Origin: Amoebophrya sp. A120
Lineage: Eukaryota; Protista; Dinoflagellata
Direction: 5' to 3'
Assembly (NCBI GenBank): GCA_905178155.1
Contig: CAJINV010000001.1
Location: forward strand, 11,949,832-12,013,831
DNA: 64,000 nt
Positions 48,603 through 61,204 of the stretch are shown here, one piece after another. The notes under the pieces are model-generated. The model was not told the DNA's origin. It was given only the letters and a program-made list of their open reading frames with translations, and made no database searches. Position numbers and translations under genes: made by a program. Numbering within the stretch: the stretch's first letter is position 1; each line of letters opens with the position of its first letter.

Positions 48603-50369
48603 ATGAGCACGCACTTCTCCTCATCCTCCGTGTCCCATGCCTCCGAGTTCTCCTCATCTGACTTTGCAGAGGAGAGTACTTGTGAAGAACAGGCGGGACT
48701 GTCTACGAAATCGTCGGTGAACAAGAAAGGCAACAAGAAATACATTGCCAGGAACGCAGAAACTGGTTCGACCATCTCCCACCCAGGGTACTACACAGCA
48801 GAAGCAGAACTAGGACACAGCGCCGAGGAATTTGAGTATTTACACGTTTTTGGTTGATGAAAATGAAAATGAGAAGGAGGTATAGCAAAGCAATGCAATG
48901 CAGCCGAAATAACTGGAATTCTTTTGACGGGATTTTTGCATTCTTACCATTCTAAAAAAACTCAAACAGTTCGTGGACCGTAGAAGCGGGGGAAGGCCTG
49001 CGCGGGAGGGCAGCCGCTGCGGCAGAGGCGGAGGGAGAAGCTCCGATCCACCAAACGTACTACGGCCACCACATCAACCACAACATGGCAAACCAGGAGG
49101 GAAAACGGGAAGCGAGGCCCGACGATTGGGGCGGCATGGAGAAACCAAAATGCCCTGCGTTCGTCACCATGGGCGCTGTCTTCCTCGTCATCAGCTTTAT
49201 CTGGGGAACCTATTTCTGGCTCCACACACTCAGACTAAACAGGGTCACAAATCTTGGGGGAAGCGAAAGAGTACTGATTTGTTGTTTGGCACATTTGCTA
49301 AGTTAAAGTTTGTAAGTTGGAATTTTCTCAGCCTCAGGGCATTAGTCACCACTTTTTCGTTCGCGCTGTGCCTGAAAGAAATTACTGTGAAACAGGACTT
49401 CATCATCAATTGCACCGCGATCGCGAACGTGCTGACTGCGTTTCTTCTCGCGCACTACTGGATCGCGCACTGCACCAAGGCGGGGTCCATCCCAAAGAAT
49501 TACATCTGGGTCGAAGGCACTGCCCACCATTGCCTAGAGACCAAGGGAGACGGCGACAAGAGGTAATTACTTACAGCAAGTTCAACTTTGCACAAGTCTC
49601 ATCAATCAGCATTGATTATAGTCCATTTTTTGGCGAGCGAAAAAGAAAAATTTCTCAGTTGCAGTACGTGACCTGATGGTTCTTTTGCGGTCTTGCTACT
49701 CCTGCCACTTCAAAAAAAAAATCCGCTCTTCCCAGGTATTGTAAGTGGTGCGAGGTTTACAAACCCGACCGTGCGCACCACTGCCGCATTTGTGGCGAGT
49801 GCGTCCTGCGGATGGATCACCACTGTCCGTGGCTGGGGAACTGCGTCGGTTTCTACAATCACAAATACTTTATTAACACGGTGATTTTCGGCATGCTGTC
49901 CGCCTGGTTTATGTTCGGATCCATGATTCCGACCACCATGAAGGAGTTCGACCGGTTCAAAGCAGGGGGCCCGGACAAGCAGGACGCGCTGTTCTACTTC
50001 GTGTTCTGCATGATTGTCCAGGCGGTGCAGGGCTTCGTCGCGGTGGTGCTGACGGGGTTCTTGATTTTCCACCTGCACCTGATGTGCCGGGGGATGACCA
50101 CGATCGAATTCTGCGAGCGTCGCCGGTCCGAGACCGCGGTGGACTACAGCAACGGCTGCTGGGGCAACTACACCGCCGTGTTCGGCGAGAACCCGATCCT
50201 GTCCTGTTGTCCCTGCCCCTGCGCGCCCTGCGCGAAACCCAAAGGGGACGGAACCCGGTTTCGCGGCCGCTTGACCGGGCCGCCGGTGGTAGAAGGCCAG
50301 TGCATCGAAGCCGGCTCCTCCAGCGAAGATGAACTGCTTTACGCGCCCATGCAGGGCGGAACGATCTGA
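48603..50369 (+). CDS. DHHC-type S-palmitoyltransferase, 4 exons
   Basis: [48 protein letters not shown] motif, TM helices; GT-AG introns 48836-48969, 49244-49395, 49563-49735. Confidence 0.93.
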
Positions 50370-53300
50370 GGACTCACTTTTTGGGGTCTTCACAACGGAA
50401 AAAAAGCGACAGCGACAACGACAAGTAGGGATGTTACGACGACAATATCAGCGCAACTGAAGTGGAATTGGTACACCCAAGAAACAAGCGACCACCCGTC
50501 AGCAGATGATGTGTTGCAGAGACCTTTATTGCAGCGCCTTCGAGTTCAAACCATGCCAGGAGGGACGTGCGATCTTTCGAATTTTTTTGGAACTCTTTTT
50601 AACGTGACACGATAGCAGTTGCGAATCATACCGAAATTGACATCTAGTAAATTGACAACGATGTATTGCCTCACTTGTTTATGCATGCAGTGGGAGACTG
50701 GCACTGGCATGCGCGTACTATTGTTGATTCGAGTTTCTAGTTCTACATAAAAACAGTTTAATGGCTTTTCATAATTGACGAAAATCAAAGCCCTTTCTTC
50801 ATTCCCGTGGAATAGATTTCAGTTTGTTGGAAATTCATGACCATGGTACACAGACAACATCACAGTTATGCTCAACGTATTTAAGTGAGTCACACATGAA
50901 CATGAACTTGCAGACGGTACTAGCTCCTAAATTTGATAAGTTCATTTTATTTCTGGATTTTGACGAAACTCGAAGCGGCCACGGGAGACAGCAAGATGCC
51001 GCGACTATTTCACGAGAACCTCCACGAGAGGGCGCTGCAGTGATTTGCAATCTAGATAATTTCGCATCTGCGTCTCCGCAGCCGACTTACGTGGTTTCGA
51101 TTTTGTAGCTCTACGAAATTGCGACATCTCATATTCATAATTCGGCGAAGTATATTTTCATGCAGTGACGAGTCGGCAAATCCAAGTTTAGTGAAAGCAT
51201 GGAAGCTACAACTACATAGATACCACAGAGATGGACTGAGTTCTATCGGATCACCTTCGGAGCAAGAACTTGTTTCATCGCAAGGAAGTATGCCTTCAGC
51301 ATTCGGAACAAGAGGGACAAAAGTTCTGCACCTTTCTTCGTGGAGGTGTGTCATGAATGCGACCCAGTTTTGTTTACGCCGAAATACAAATGACGCACTC
51401 TGGTATTTGCGTCTGTCACCTTGAGGTGATGCTGACAGTGCAGGTAACGCAGTCAAAATGTGTTCGACATGTTCATTGCACTCGTTGTGCAACGCGCAGC
51501 TTACCCTGATCGGATTGATGTTAACTACACTTGATCGGGAGTGTCGCGCACGTATCAGCGAAGTTCAGGAGGATTGCCCCGGTGTTCTTCTACTCGGCCC
51601 GAGTTTCTCAGACGGAAGAAATCGGCAGCCTGGAGCCCGCGAGCCAGGTGGGGCGAGGTCCTCCTGCGTTGGCCTTGCAGGCTGCCCGACTTTGCAGGGC
51701 CGCCTACACCTCCACCGCGCGACGGGCGGCCCCGATGTTCCAGGCCGCCCCACCGCGGGGGCCTACCGTGCCGCTCTTGGCCCGGCCACGCAACTGAGGC
51801 CCTAGGCGCGCCCTTGGTCGCCTGTGGGCCAGTGCCCGCGCCCTGTCCCTGTGTCCAGTATCTCCCCGGCGCCGCGCTTCTTTGCGGGCGCGCTACGTAC
51901 CGCGCAGGGCAAGACACCCGGCGGGCCGGCACTGATTGCGGCGATGCACCCGATGGCGGAGAGTATCCTGCGGCCGCTTGCCGCAAAGAAAGGGAGGCCA
52001 GCGGACCGCCCCCGCATGGAATGGCATGCGTGGCGCTGCGCCTTGTGCCGGCGGGCCTCGTTCGTTAACATGCCCGCGACAGGACAGGCGCCACGCGGCC
52101 CGGGCTTTCCCTCGCGCACCGCTAGAGGCGCACACATATGACCAGCGCACGCGCAGCGACCGACGATTTCTCTGGCGTATGTCATCGATGCAATCGGCAG
52201 CGTGCGCATTTTCCGCAATTGGGCCGGCGACCGCCGCGGCGGGCGGCGGGCAGGCGCCACGCACCTCGTGAAACCCGGCGCAGGGGTTTGCGGTAGATTT
52301 GGCGGCGGGCCTGTGGAAACGAGGCGGGGGCGCGCCAGGGATGTGCACAGCGCGGAAGCCCAGCAAAAGGGGCGCGCGCAAATTCTGAAGCCGCCGGGCC
52401 GGGGGCGGGTTGGGCGCAGCTGCAAGGGCGCGCGGGCCCCCCGGCGGGCGGACTGGCTTGCCACCCCGGCGCGCCAGGGGCTTGGGCCCCCCCCCCCGCG
52501 CGGGGGGCGGCCGCCCGGGGGCGTCGGCCGGCGGGCGCGGCTGCGTTTTTGCCTGGGGGCGCCTTGATAAGTTCACGAAGGGCGAACCTGGGCGCAAAGC
52601 GGACCTAAAACGCACTGCGGGGCGCCTCTTCAAATAAATTTGGGGGGCATTGCAGGAGGAGTATATGTCTTCGGAGCGGCTCGCCTGTCCTTCCTGCTTC
52701 GATGGCCCCCGGCGCGCCCCGCCGGCGCCAGCCCTTTGCTTTGTTGAAGTTGTCCGAGTACGGCCCGGCCCGCCCCCGCCCGCCCGGGCGCCCCCGGGCC
52801 GCCGCAGCGGGCCCATGCCAGCCTGCGCCGCCCTTTGATTTTGGGCCCCCCTCCTTTCCCGGTGGGCCCGCCAGCGGCCCTCCGGCGCGCCGCTGCTTCC
52901 GGGGAAAGGTTTGTCGCTAGGCTGGCCGCCGGGCCCGCCTTGCGGTTTTCTACTGTGCTGCCCTATCGGGGCGGCGGCGGGCGCGCGGCGCAGGCGGCGC
53001 CCTCGGCGATCCCACACCCACGCTGCCGTGCTCTGTTTTACTTCGGTGAGCCAGCTTATCGGGGCCGCGCGCCCCTGCGCCATTTAAGTGTTTCAGACTT
53101 GCCTCTCCTCATTACCGAACGAAAAGTGACAGGAGGAGGACTCATTTTTCTTCTACCATTGCGGCGGCGCTACTGCCAAAGCCAGAGTCATGGTGTTCTG
53201 GAATCACTTTTATCAGCCCGAGGCATTTTGATCACAAGGAGAGACGCTCGGCATCCACAGACGAGTTTGCTCCGCCAACGTCGGTCCAGATTTAAGGTTT

Positions 53301-53439
53301 CGAACTGAGCAACATCTTGCTGTTGTGGGAGAAAAGAGCTCCACTTTCAGGAAGATCTCTTAAGTTTTATATGGCTGTTTCAGAATTTGAATTGGAATTC
53401 CAATTCGGTTTGTGAGGTGCTTCTGTCGTTTATTCGATA

Positions 53440-53700
53440 ATGTTCTTCCTCTCCAGCGCACCCCGAATCAGTGGTCGTCGACGGCTGGATCTATTTGAAC
53501 GCTGGTGGCTGGAGTTTGAGCCGATAAAGCAGTGGTATGTCGACGGCGACAACGCGGGGGTGAGGCAGAGTGCACGGAAAAAGTGGAACCACTACGTGGC
53601 AAGTCCCCGGTGGAAAGCAAAGTGGGTTACTCAGGAACGTTATCGATATCAATTTCGAAAGCACGGCTACGACATGGATGTCCCCAAGTGGGGTGGCTAA
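53440..53700 (+). CDS. Small basic Trp/Tyr/Arg-rich hypothetical protein (86 aa), possibly mitochondrial
   Basis: Clean ATG-TAA ORF in the cluster orientation with coding-like codon usage; no recognised family. Confidence 0.55.
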   Translation: MFFLSSAPRISGRRRLDLFERWWLEFEPIKQWYVDGDNAGVRQSARKKWNHYVASPRWKAKWVTQERYRYQFRKHGYDMDVPKWGG

Positions 53701-54059
53701 ATGTAGTTTCTTGAAACCCGCGAATAAAGAGCACCCCTCTAATTCTCAGAATGCCTACTGTAGTTGAAGCGTGAAGATGGAAAAGACCTGTTGTGTGGAG
53801 ACTATGAGTTGGAAAGTGTTTGCTTCGTAAATGTTGCGGAGAAGAAGATCCTCCATTGTTGTTGAGCGTTGCAAGTTGTTGGATGTGCGTACTACGAGGG
53901 ATCACGAGTATGACCAACGAAGGATCTTGTCTTCCATTATGATGACGAGATCAGAACAGTGGCGCTCATGTGTGGCGCCGTGACGATCATACTGTGACAA
54001 GAACCAAAGGTCGAGTACTAGCGAGAGAAGGTGTTTGTCAGAGCACCTAAGCTGTACCA

Positions 54060-56788
54060 ATGTCGATGTCCTTTCGCGCGCCGCCGGGACAGAAGAACGG
54101 GAACCCGGCGTTGTTGCACTTGGATCGCGTTCTCTTTCTGGATGTGGATGGCGTACTGCATCCAGCCTATCATTTGTAAAAACGTCCCCACCCCAGAGTC
54201 AAGATGAGGATTTCGCAACACAAACCTGAAAGTTTTGGGAGCCACGCATGACAAGTTGCAGGCTGTAGTGTAATGCAGTTTGGCAAGGGAAGCCGCATAA
54301 CAAATCCATCTCCTTATCCTGTTCACAGCATTACAAGTTCCAAAACACGATGGGAAATGCCTCTCATGGCGATGCGCATTACAAATGCTCTTGTGCTTGC
54401 AGATCTGCATCACAACTCTGGGGTGGGGATTTTTTTGCACAGGATACAGCCTACGTGCAGTTCGCGCGGCAGCAGTTTCGGCCGCAGAACATGCGGCTGC
54501 TGCGGGGAATGGTAACTGACTTCTTATCCAACTACAACTTTCAGTCTGGTGAGCAATTGTAAAAATACCTTTCTTGTTCGGTTGCCTCCGCCTGCCGGGA
54601 AACAATCCAGAGCTGCTTCTTCGGTTGCAGCTGTCGGTGTTACTCATGCGTAGGGGACCTGAGCATGACAAAGACAAACTGCGTTTCTATCTCAGGTTGA
54701 AGCCGGGAAGTTGACCATCGTGCTCAGCTCTAGCTGGCGGCTAAACATGGACGCGAAGAACCACTTACGCAAAGTGTTCGAGTACTACCGCGTACCCTTT
54801 TGGGTGTCTCAGACCCCGAGCATTGGCATGTACGCCCGAGCGCGGGAAATTCTCACCTGGGTCAGCAAGTACCAGCCAAAAGCCTGGGTGGCTGTGGATG
54901 ACTGGGCGCTATTGATGGAGAGCCGGACCTTGCAGGGTATGTGAATGTGAATGTGTTATACAACTTTTCGTAATAAAAGTAAAGGAGGGAGTTGTTACTT
55001 ATCCTCGTCCTCGTTCAACACCAGCGTTTGGTGCAGTAGCATTTTACTACCCTTTTCCAGGTCACTTCCTGCAAACGAATCCCAAGACGGGTATTACACC
55101 GGCCAACGTGGAGACGATTTTGCGTTTGTTCGAGGCGCAGGCGGCGGCGGCCGTGCCCTCGCCGGTGCCAGAACACCCGCCACGGAAATTCTTGCGCGAC
55201 TTAGACGGTATTCCTGAAATCGGCGGGGAAGGTGACTCTGCAGCCGGAGATCATGGAACGCAGCAGCGGAAAAGCCGAGGTACTAGGGGCTTTTTTGAAA
55301 TGTACCAAGGGATGGTAGTAACATGCGAGATGAAGAATTGCACGAGTTGTAACGACGTTTCTCTAAGTTGACACGCTCGTGCCTTCTTGAATGTAGTTCA
55401 GTGTCAATGAAAGCAATTTATTCCACAGCGACTATCGAGCGAGAGCACAACGACTGGTTGAATATGACACTGGAAGATGCAGCTGTGACTGGCACTGGAC
55501 TTTATGGCAGACGGTCCACCACTCCGAACGGCCCTGCCAGTGCACGAACCATTTCCGCCCCCCACGCAAACAGCAGCACCGGCGCTCCACCAGGCTCCAT
55601 AACCGGAGAGCAAATCTCACCTGCCGGTGCTCAGTCGCACTTACTAACGCCGAACACGCTTGGGGAGAAGGAAAGACAAGCACAGCAGCAACAGCAACCT
55701 GGTTTTCCCCAGAATTTGATGAAGAGCGCGGAAAAAATGAAGAAAACCGACGAAGAGCGTCTGCCGAGCCGGCTGCGGGCGCGAGGGACGTCGAGTCACA
55801 ACGACGCAGGCGAGTCACAACAGAATCCGCAACAGCTAAACGAGCAGTCTTCGATGCTTCTTGCGCACGCGGACGATAACGCCACCAGTTCCTCCTCCTC
55901 TCGTGGTGGCTCGAAGCAGTCCACTGGACCAGAATCAAAGCCGCTGCGAAAAGAGGATCTGACGATAAAATCCGTGAAAAGGCACGAGGAACCAAAGGAC
56001 TGGCCAAGCAGACAGCCGCAGATGGTCCTCTTGCAAGACGAACACGGAAAAGTGTCGTTCGCGAAAAATCCGAAACTCACTTCCTCAAACAGTGCGACCG
56101 CGAGCTCGCGGGCCAACTTGCAGGGGGCGAACAGTGCACCTGCTGCGAAAGGTGGTGGCAGAGGACATCATGCAATGAACCACAGTCAACTGCACGGTGG
56201 AAGTAGTAGTGCCACTTCTGGTTCTGCAACAGCAGCAGCGCAGGCGACCCATAAGCCGAACCCGTACGAGGAAGACATTTCCGAGCCCATCAGTTTCCCT
56301 CCCAACAAGTCGTGGTACGTGACGCGCAATTACAACTCGACGCGGCAGTTGTCAACCGCGAGTTCTATCGACAACAAAAACTTGCCCCCAGCGGCGAGAC
56401 TTTCCAATCTCGTGCAGCAAGAAACTCGGCTGAAGCGACAATCAAATTCGCAATTGATCGCCCGCCGGGGCAGCGGCATCGGCAGCGGGCCGGGAGGCGG
56501 GATGAAACATTCGGTGCGGGCGGCGTCGGCGTCCAACTACCCCGAAAGAATGAAGAAAATCGCAGCGGGGATCGGACTTTTTGCTGCCAGGTATAACAAG
56601 GGAGAAGAGTTGTGGACGAAAATATTAATTGAAAAGCATTTGTGTCTGGTGGTTTGACTTGCGGAGTTCTTGATAGATACTTCCATCATTTACGATTGAG
56701 AAACGACAAGCGCAAAATGAATCAATACCACAGAGAACTCGTCTCTACCAGTTCGATACCGCAGCGGCCGAGATCTACGGGTAGGTGA
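54060..56788 (+). CDS. Protein with an N-terminal HAD domain of the Swiss-Army-Knife RNA-repair type (HAD_SAK_2-like) and a long disordered tail, 6 exons
   Basis: VLFLDVDGVLHP, IVLSSSWR, RAREILTWV, WVAVDD, FLQTNPKTGIT; TIR intron 54168-54451, GT-AG introns 54512-54695, 54937-55060, 55280-55428, 56591-56751. Confidence 0.82.
54168..54446 (+). mobile_element. 279-bp TIR element acting as an intron (subfamily A)
   Basis: Left TATCATTTGTAAAAACGTCCCCACCCCAGAGT, right ACTCTGGGGTGGGGATTTTTTTGCACAGGATA; target duplication CAGCC at 54163-54167 and 54447-54451; removal gives LHPA|YVQF. Confidence 0.93.
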
Positions 56789-57511
56789 CACCGAATGTGG
56801 CTTCGGCAGCGGAAGAAAAGTGTATGATGCAAGGAAAGAAGAACAGAACCAGAATTTACAGAACTGAAGTCAAATAAGTACCTAAACCTAAACCGAACCG
56901 ATTGAATTTACTGTAAGATGATGCAAAAGTGAAGATGCAAAATATGGTAGCACGACGTGGAAGCCTAGCAGCCACGTCTTTGTATGCGGTACGCGATTCT
57001 GCAGAAAGATATCATTTTTTCACTTTTTTAAAGAAGCTATGGAAAGTACTTTATGTACGTGAAGAAAAATTGCGCTTTGGCTCGCAAACGTCAGGTTGCA
57101 TCGCAACGGCCACCTGTCCTTGATGTTCTCGCAATTTTTGTTGTAGTGCCCTCTGCTAGAAAACTGACCGAAAATTTTTCCGGCCTGCCTCATGATCGTG
57201 ATCTACATTGTCACTTGCAGGACCTCGCAGCAACTTTTAGCTCCGCATTTTCAGTTTACCCCCTACTTAGATACGCAGATCTTTCTTGCTGTCAGTTTTT
57301 TCCCCAAGATATACTGGCATCAAGAACTACTGCCCCTGCTCAAGAGATGAAGTAATTACTCTCCTTCTGTTTTTTCTGCTGCTGCTGCTGCTGATAAACC
57401 ACAGCGCATAGAATGCAGTAACATAAGTTTTTGCCTGCCCGTTGAGCGGGCCAGAGGTGTTTTCTGATCAGAAGATTGCTTCGCCTGTAAAAGAACGAAG
57501 AAACACAACCA

Positions 57512-60500
57512 ATGTCGGCGTTCGAGGAACTCGGGGTCTGCCCTGAGATTATCCAGGCCATTGAGGAAGACGAATGGTTGCTACCAACACCTGTGCAGCA
57601 GGATGCGATCCCGCTCATCTTGGGTGGCGGCGATGTGCTTGCCGCTGCGGAAACTGGGTCGGGAAAAACCGGTGCTTTTGGCTTGCCATGCCTGCAGATT
57701 GTACACGAAACGCTGCGCGGAAAATGCACCTTGATGAGCCGGGCCAGCAACTTGAAGTAAAGAAAGCTACTTATTTTGCTGCTGGTCCTTGTCTACACTT
57801 AAACCGCAGTTAATATCATGCGTTGAAACTGCAATTTATATTTAATTTGTCTCCTATTTCATTCGAAGTACCAATCATCTGCATCCAGGTGCGAGCTGAA
57901 CCTGAACGACAAGGATATCCTGAGGAAAAACGTACCCACACCAGAGTCAGGATGGGGAATCTGCTAGACAAATCAGCCAGCTTTGGTTGTTTGGCATGAC
58001 AAGTTTGTCCGCGTAGTGTAGTGCTGTTTGAGCTAGTTCAGCAACATTACAGATCTAGTATCTCGTGCTGATTGGAGCATGACAAATTTCAAAACCGCAT
58101 TAGAAAATGCTTCTCATGGGGCTCCGCATGAGAAACATTTTAAGCATGCAGAGTTGCATGACAACTATGGTGTGGGTACGTTTTTACTCAGGATAAAGGA
58201 CATGTTTGTCTTGGTCACCGAGGATGGGCTGGAGTGCAAGTCCGATGATGAAGTGAAGTGGAACGGCATTCGAGCGAACATAGAGGTGCAGAACGGAAAA
58301 TACATGTTTGAGGTGTTTGTCGTGGACGGGATGTGCCGCATCGGGTGGGGCGCGGCCTTCGCGAAGCTCGAGGTGGGGGCGGATGACAAGAGTTTCGGGT
58401 ATGGTGCAACCGGGAAGAAGAGCTGGAACCGAAAATTTGAAGACTACGGCGAGTCGTTTCAGGCGGGCGATGTTATCGGGTATTTTTTTTGTTTTTTTGC
58501 TGGCAAAGAAGGCAGCTTTTTACTTTGTGACAAAGTTACCTGAGCGACGAAACGCAAGTACGCACCGAGATTTTATTGTTCAGAAACGTTTCGAATGGAG
58601 GATTTTTTGGTTTTTACATCAACAGCAAAATGATTATGAACAGCTGCCTGCTCGAGCGCAAAGACGGCGGCGGTAAGATTTCTTTTCTGAAAAACGGGCG
58701 GGAACTGGGCCTCGCGTACGAACTAGACCCCAACCAGTGGGAGCGCACCGGCTTGAAGCCGCAGATCTGCGGGAAGCGGTTCAATGTGGAGTGCCGTTTT
58801 GACTTTTGCGAGTACCCTGTGGACGACTACACCCCGCTTGGGCAGATCGACCCGAAGGACACCCCCCAGGGGCTCGGCGGGACGCGGGGCAAGCGGCCGC
58901 TGCTGTGCATGATTTTGGAACCGACCAGGGACCTGGCGGAACAGACCTACAAGTGTATGATGAAGTTCTCGAAGTACCTGGAGAACCCGACGGTTAAGAC
59001 CGCGCTGTTCGTCGGCGGGGTGGACGAAAAGGAGCAGTACCGCGCGCTCACCGAGGGCGTCGACATCTGCGTCGGCACGCTGCAGAAAACGCTGGACCAC
59101 GTGCGACGCGGCAAGCTCGACGTGTCGCAAGTGAAGTTCCTCGTGCTGGACGAAGCCGACGACCTGCAGAAGAAGGACGACCGGAAGGAACTCCCCAGAC
59201 TGAACGCGCAGATCAAGCGCGGCCGGCGGGACCGGGTGCAGACGCTGTTCTTTTCCGCAACGCTGCACACCCCGGAGGTGCAATCCATGATCGAAGAGAT
59301 CACCACTCGCCCCATCTGGGTGGACCTGAAGGGCCGCGACGCCGTGCCCGACACGGTGCACCACGTGGTGTACCAGGTGGACCCGCGGCTGGACTTCGAC
59401 TGGATCCAGAGTAAAGACTACGCGATGCACAGCAAGAACCCCATGATCCCCGTGCCCAACGACGAGGTGCACACGAAACCGACCATGTCGGACTTCGACC
59501 GAACCCGGATACCCGGGTCGGCTTTGACGTATTCCGCGAAGATCAAAGAGCAGAAGTTCCAACTCGTCGTGAAGATCGCGGACGCGTTCAAGATGACACA
59601 ATGTCTGGTCTTCTGCCGCACCAACGTCGACTGCAACAACCTGGAGAAATATTTGAACGAACTCGGCGGGTGTCCGGGCGGGTTCCGGGGAAAAACGGAG
59701 ACCGGCAAGGAGAACCCGTACAGCTGCGTGGTGTTGGCGGGCATGCGGGACCAGGACGAGCGGCGGATGAACTTGGAGGCTTTCAAGGAGGGCGACATCC
59801 GCTTTCTCGTCTGTACCGACGTGGCGGCGCGGGGCATCGACATCCAGGGGCTGCCGTATTTAATCATGGTGACCTTGCCGGACGACATCGAGAACTACAT
59901 CCACCGGGTGGGACGCGTCGGACGTGCCGAGCGGGTGGGGCTGGCGATCTCCCTGGTGGCGACGGAACGGGAGAAGGTGTGGTACCACAAGTGCAAGTCG
60001 CGGGGCAAGGATTGCCGCCCCTGGCCGGGGAACACTTGTTTGACGGTGCCGTTTGGCACGGACGGGAAGCTGAAGCGTGCGGACCCGTCCGCATGGTGCG
60101 TGGACGAGGGCGGGTGCAGCATTTGGTACGACGAGCCGGACTTGATCCAGCGCGTGGAAAAGCGGATCCAAATGCCGCTGAAGCACATGGACCGCGACGA
60201 CTTCTCCATCGAGAACCTGCTCCCCAGCCCCCTGACCGAGGCGGAATTGGCCAAGAAAAACAGCAATAAAACCGCTGCTGGAAAGAACGGCACGTCCGGC
60301 GTGGGCGAAAAAAGCCGGCGCGGGAAGCAGGCGGCGAGCGCGCAGCAAACCGCGGTGGTCTACGGGAAAAAGCAGAACGAGGACGTCGGGACGAAAAAGA
60401 TTTTCAACGAGTTGGTAAATTCGGTGAAGGAGCTCGCAGAAATGGAAAAATTCATTCAGCAAAGGTTCGTTTCCACGGCCGTGGTGACCACAGGACTGAA

Positions 60501-61204
60501 GAGGCCGAAGATAAACAGTTCTTTTGCAAGTATCACCGCGGAGCGCTTGCGCGGGATCTTCGGCGACTCCTTTGTGCAGCCACCCGCGCCTGTTGCCGTC
60601 GTGGCACCACCGGCAGCGCCGCCCGTGGCTGCACCACCCGTGGAAGGTATTAAGTACTGATTTTTGCATTTGGCGTTGTTTGATTTGTAGTTGCTTCGAT
60701 TCGAGTTGCGAAAAGGACGATAACGAACGGTGAAGCTCGGATGAGTACTGACTTGGTACAGGACCTGTCGTATTCATGGATTTGAGCAAGTGTACAGTAG
60801 ATCTCGGTGGCAAGAAAAGTACGCAAATCGATCCTTTTCAATTATTTACAGTCTCTGCGCCACGGAAGCGGGGCAACGAGGATCAGGTGCAGAGCAGCGA
60901 AGGAATGTATGATCCGCGGGCCCCAAAGACACACATGGCCAACGACGAATGGACTATGTCCGAGAACCTTGTCGCGCGGCAGGACGAGATGCAGGTTGAC
61001 GAGACCGCCGCGATACCAGCTTCAAGACATGAACCACCGGCACAGGCTACAGGAAGTACGACAAGCGACTGGCCGATGGAGGTTGATCCTCCGAAAGAGC
61101 TTCCGGTGGAGCCCCCGCGGCCTGCGGACGAAGAGGAGGCTCCGAAGGCAAAGAAAGCAGCAACCGGCTGGGGTGCGCGGCCAAAAAGAAAAGCCAGGTG
61201 GTAG
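57512..61204 (+). CDS. DDX1: DEAD-box RNA helicase DDX1 (SPRY domain inserted in the helicase core), 5 exons
   Basis: [26 protein letters not shown] ([21 protein letters not shown]), [42 protein letters not shown]; introns 57757-57888, TIR 57916-58200, 58480-58643, 60647-60851. Confidence 0.96.
57916..58195 (+). mobile_element. 280-bp TIR element acting as an intron (diverged subfamily A)
   Basis: Left TATCCTGAGGAAAAACGTACCCACACCAGAGT, right ACTATGGTGTGGGTACGTTTTTACTCAGGATA; target duplication AAGGA at 57911-57915 and 58196-58200; removal gives NDKD|MFV. Confidence 0.93.

Noticed and set aside
48299-48775. 158-aa minus-strand ORF
   Set aside because: Overlaps exon 1 of the DHHC gene, which splices in phase on the + strand.
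49240-49339. Possible non-canonical intron bounded by CAGGG direct repeats in the DHHC gene
   Set aside because: No TIR, and a canonical phase-0 GT-AG intron (49244-49395) explains the junction.
51893-53083. 396-aa minus-strand ORF
   Set aside because: Open frame expected from the extreme GC content; low-complexity translation with no domain.
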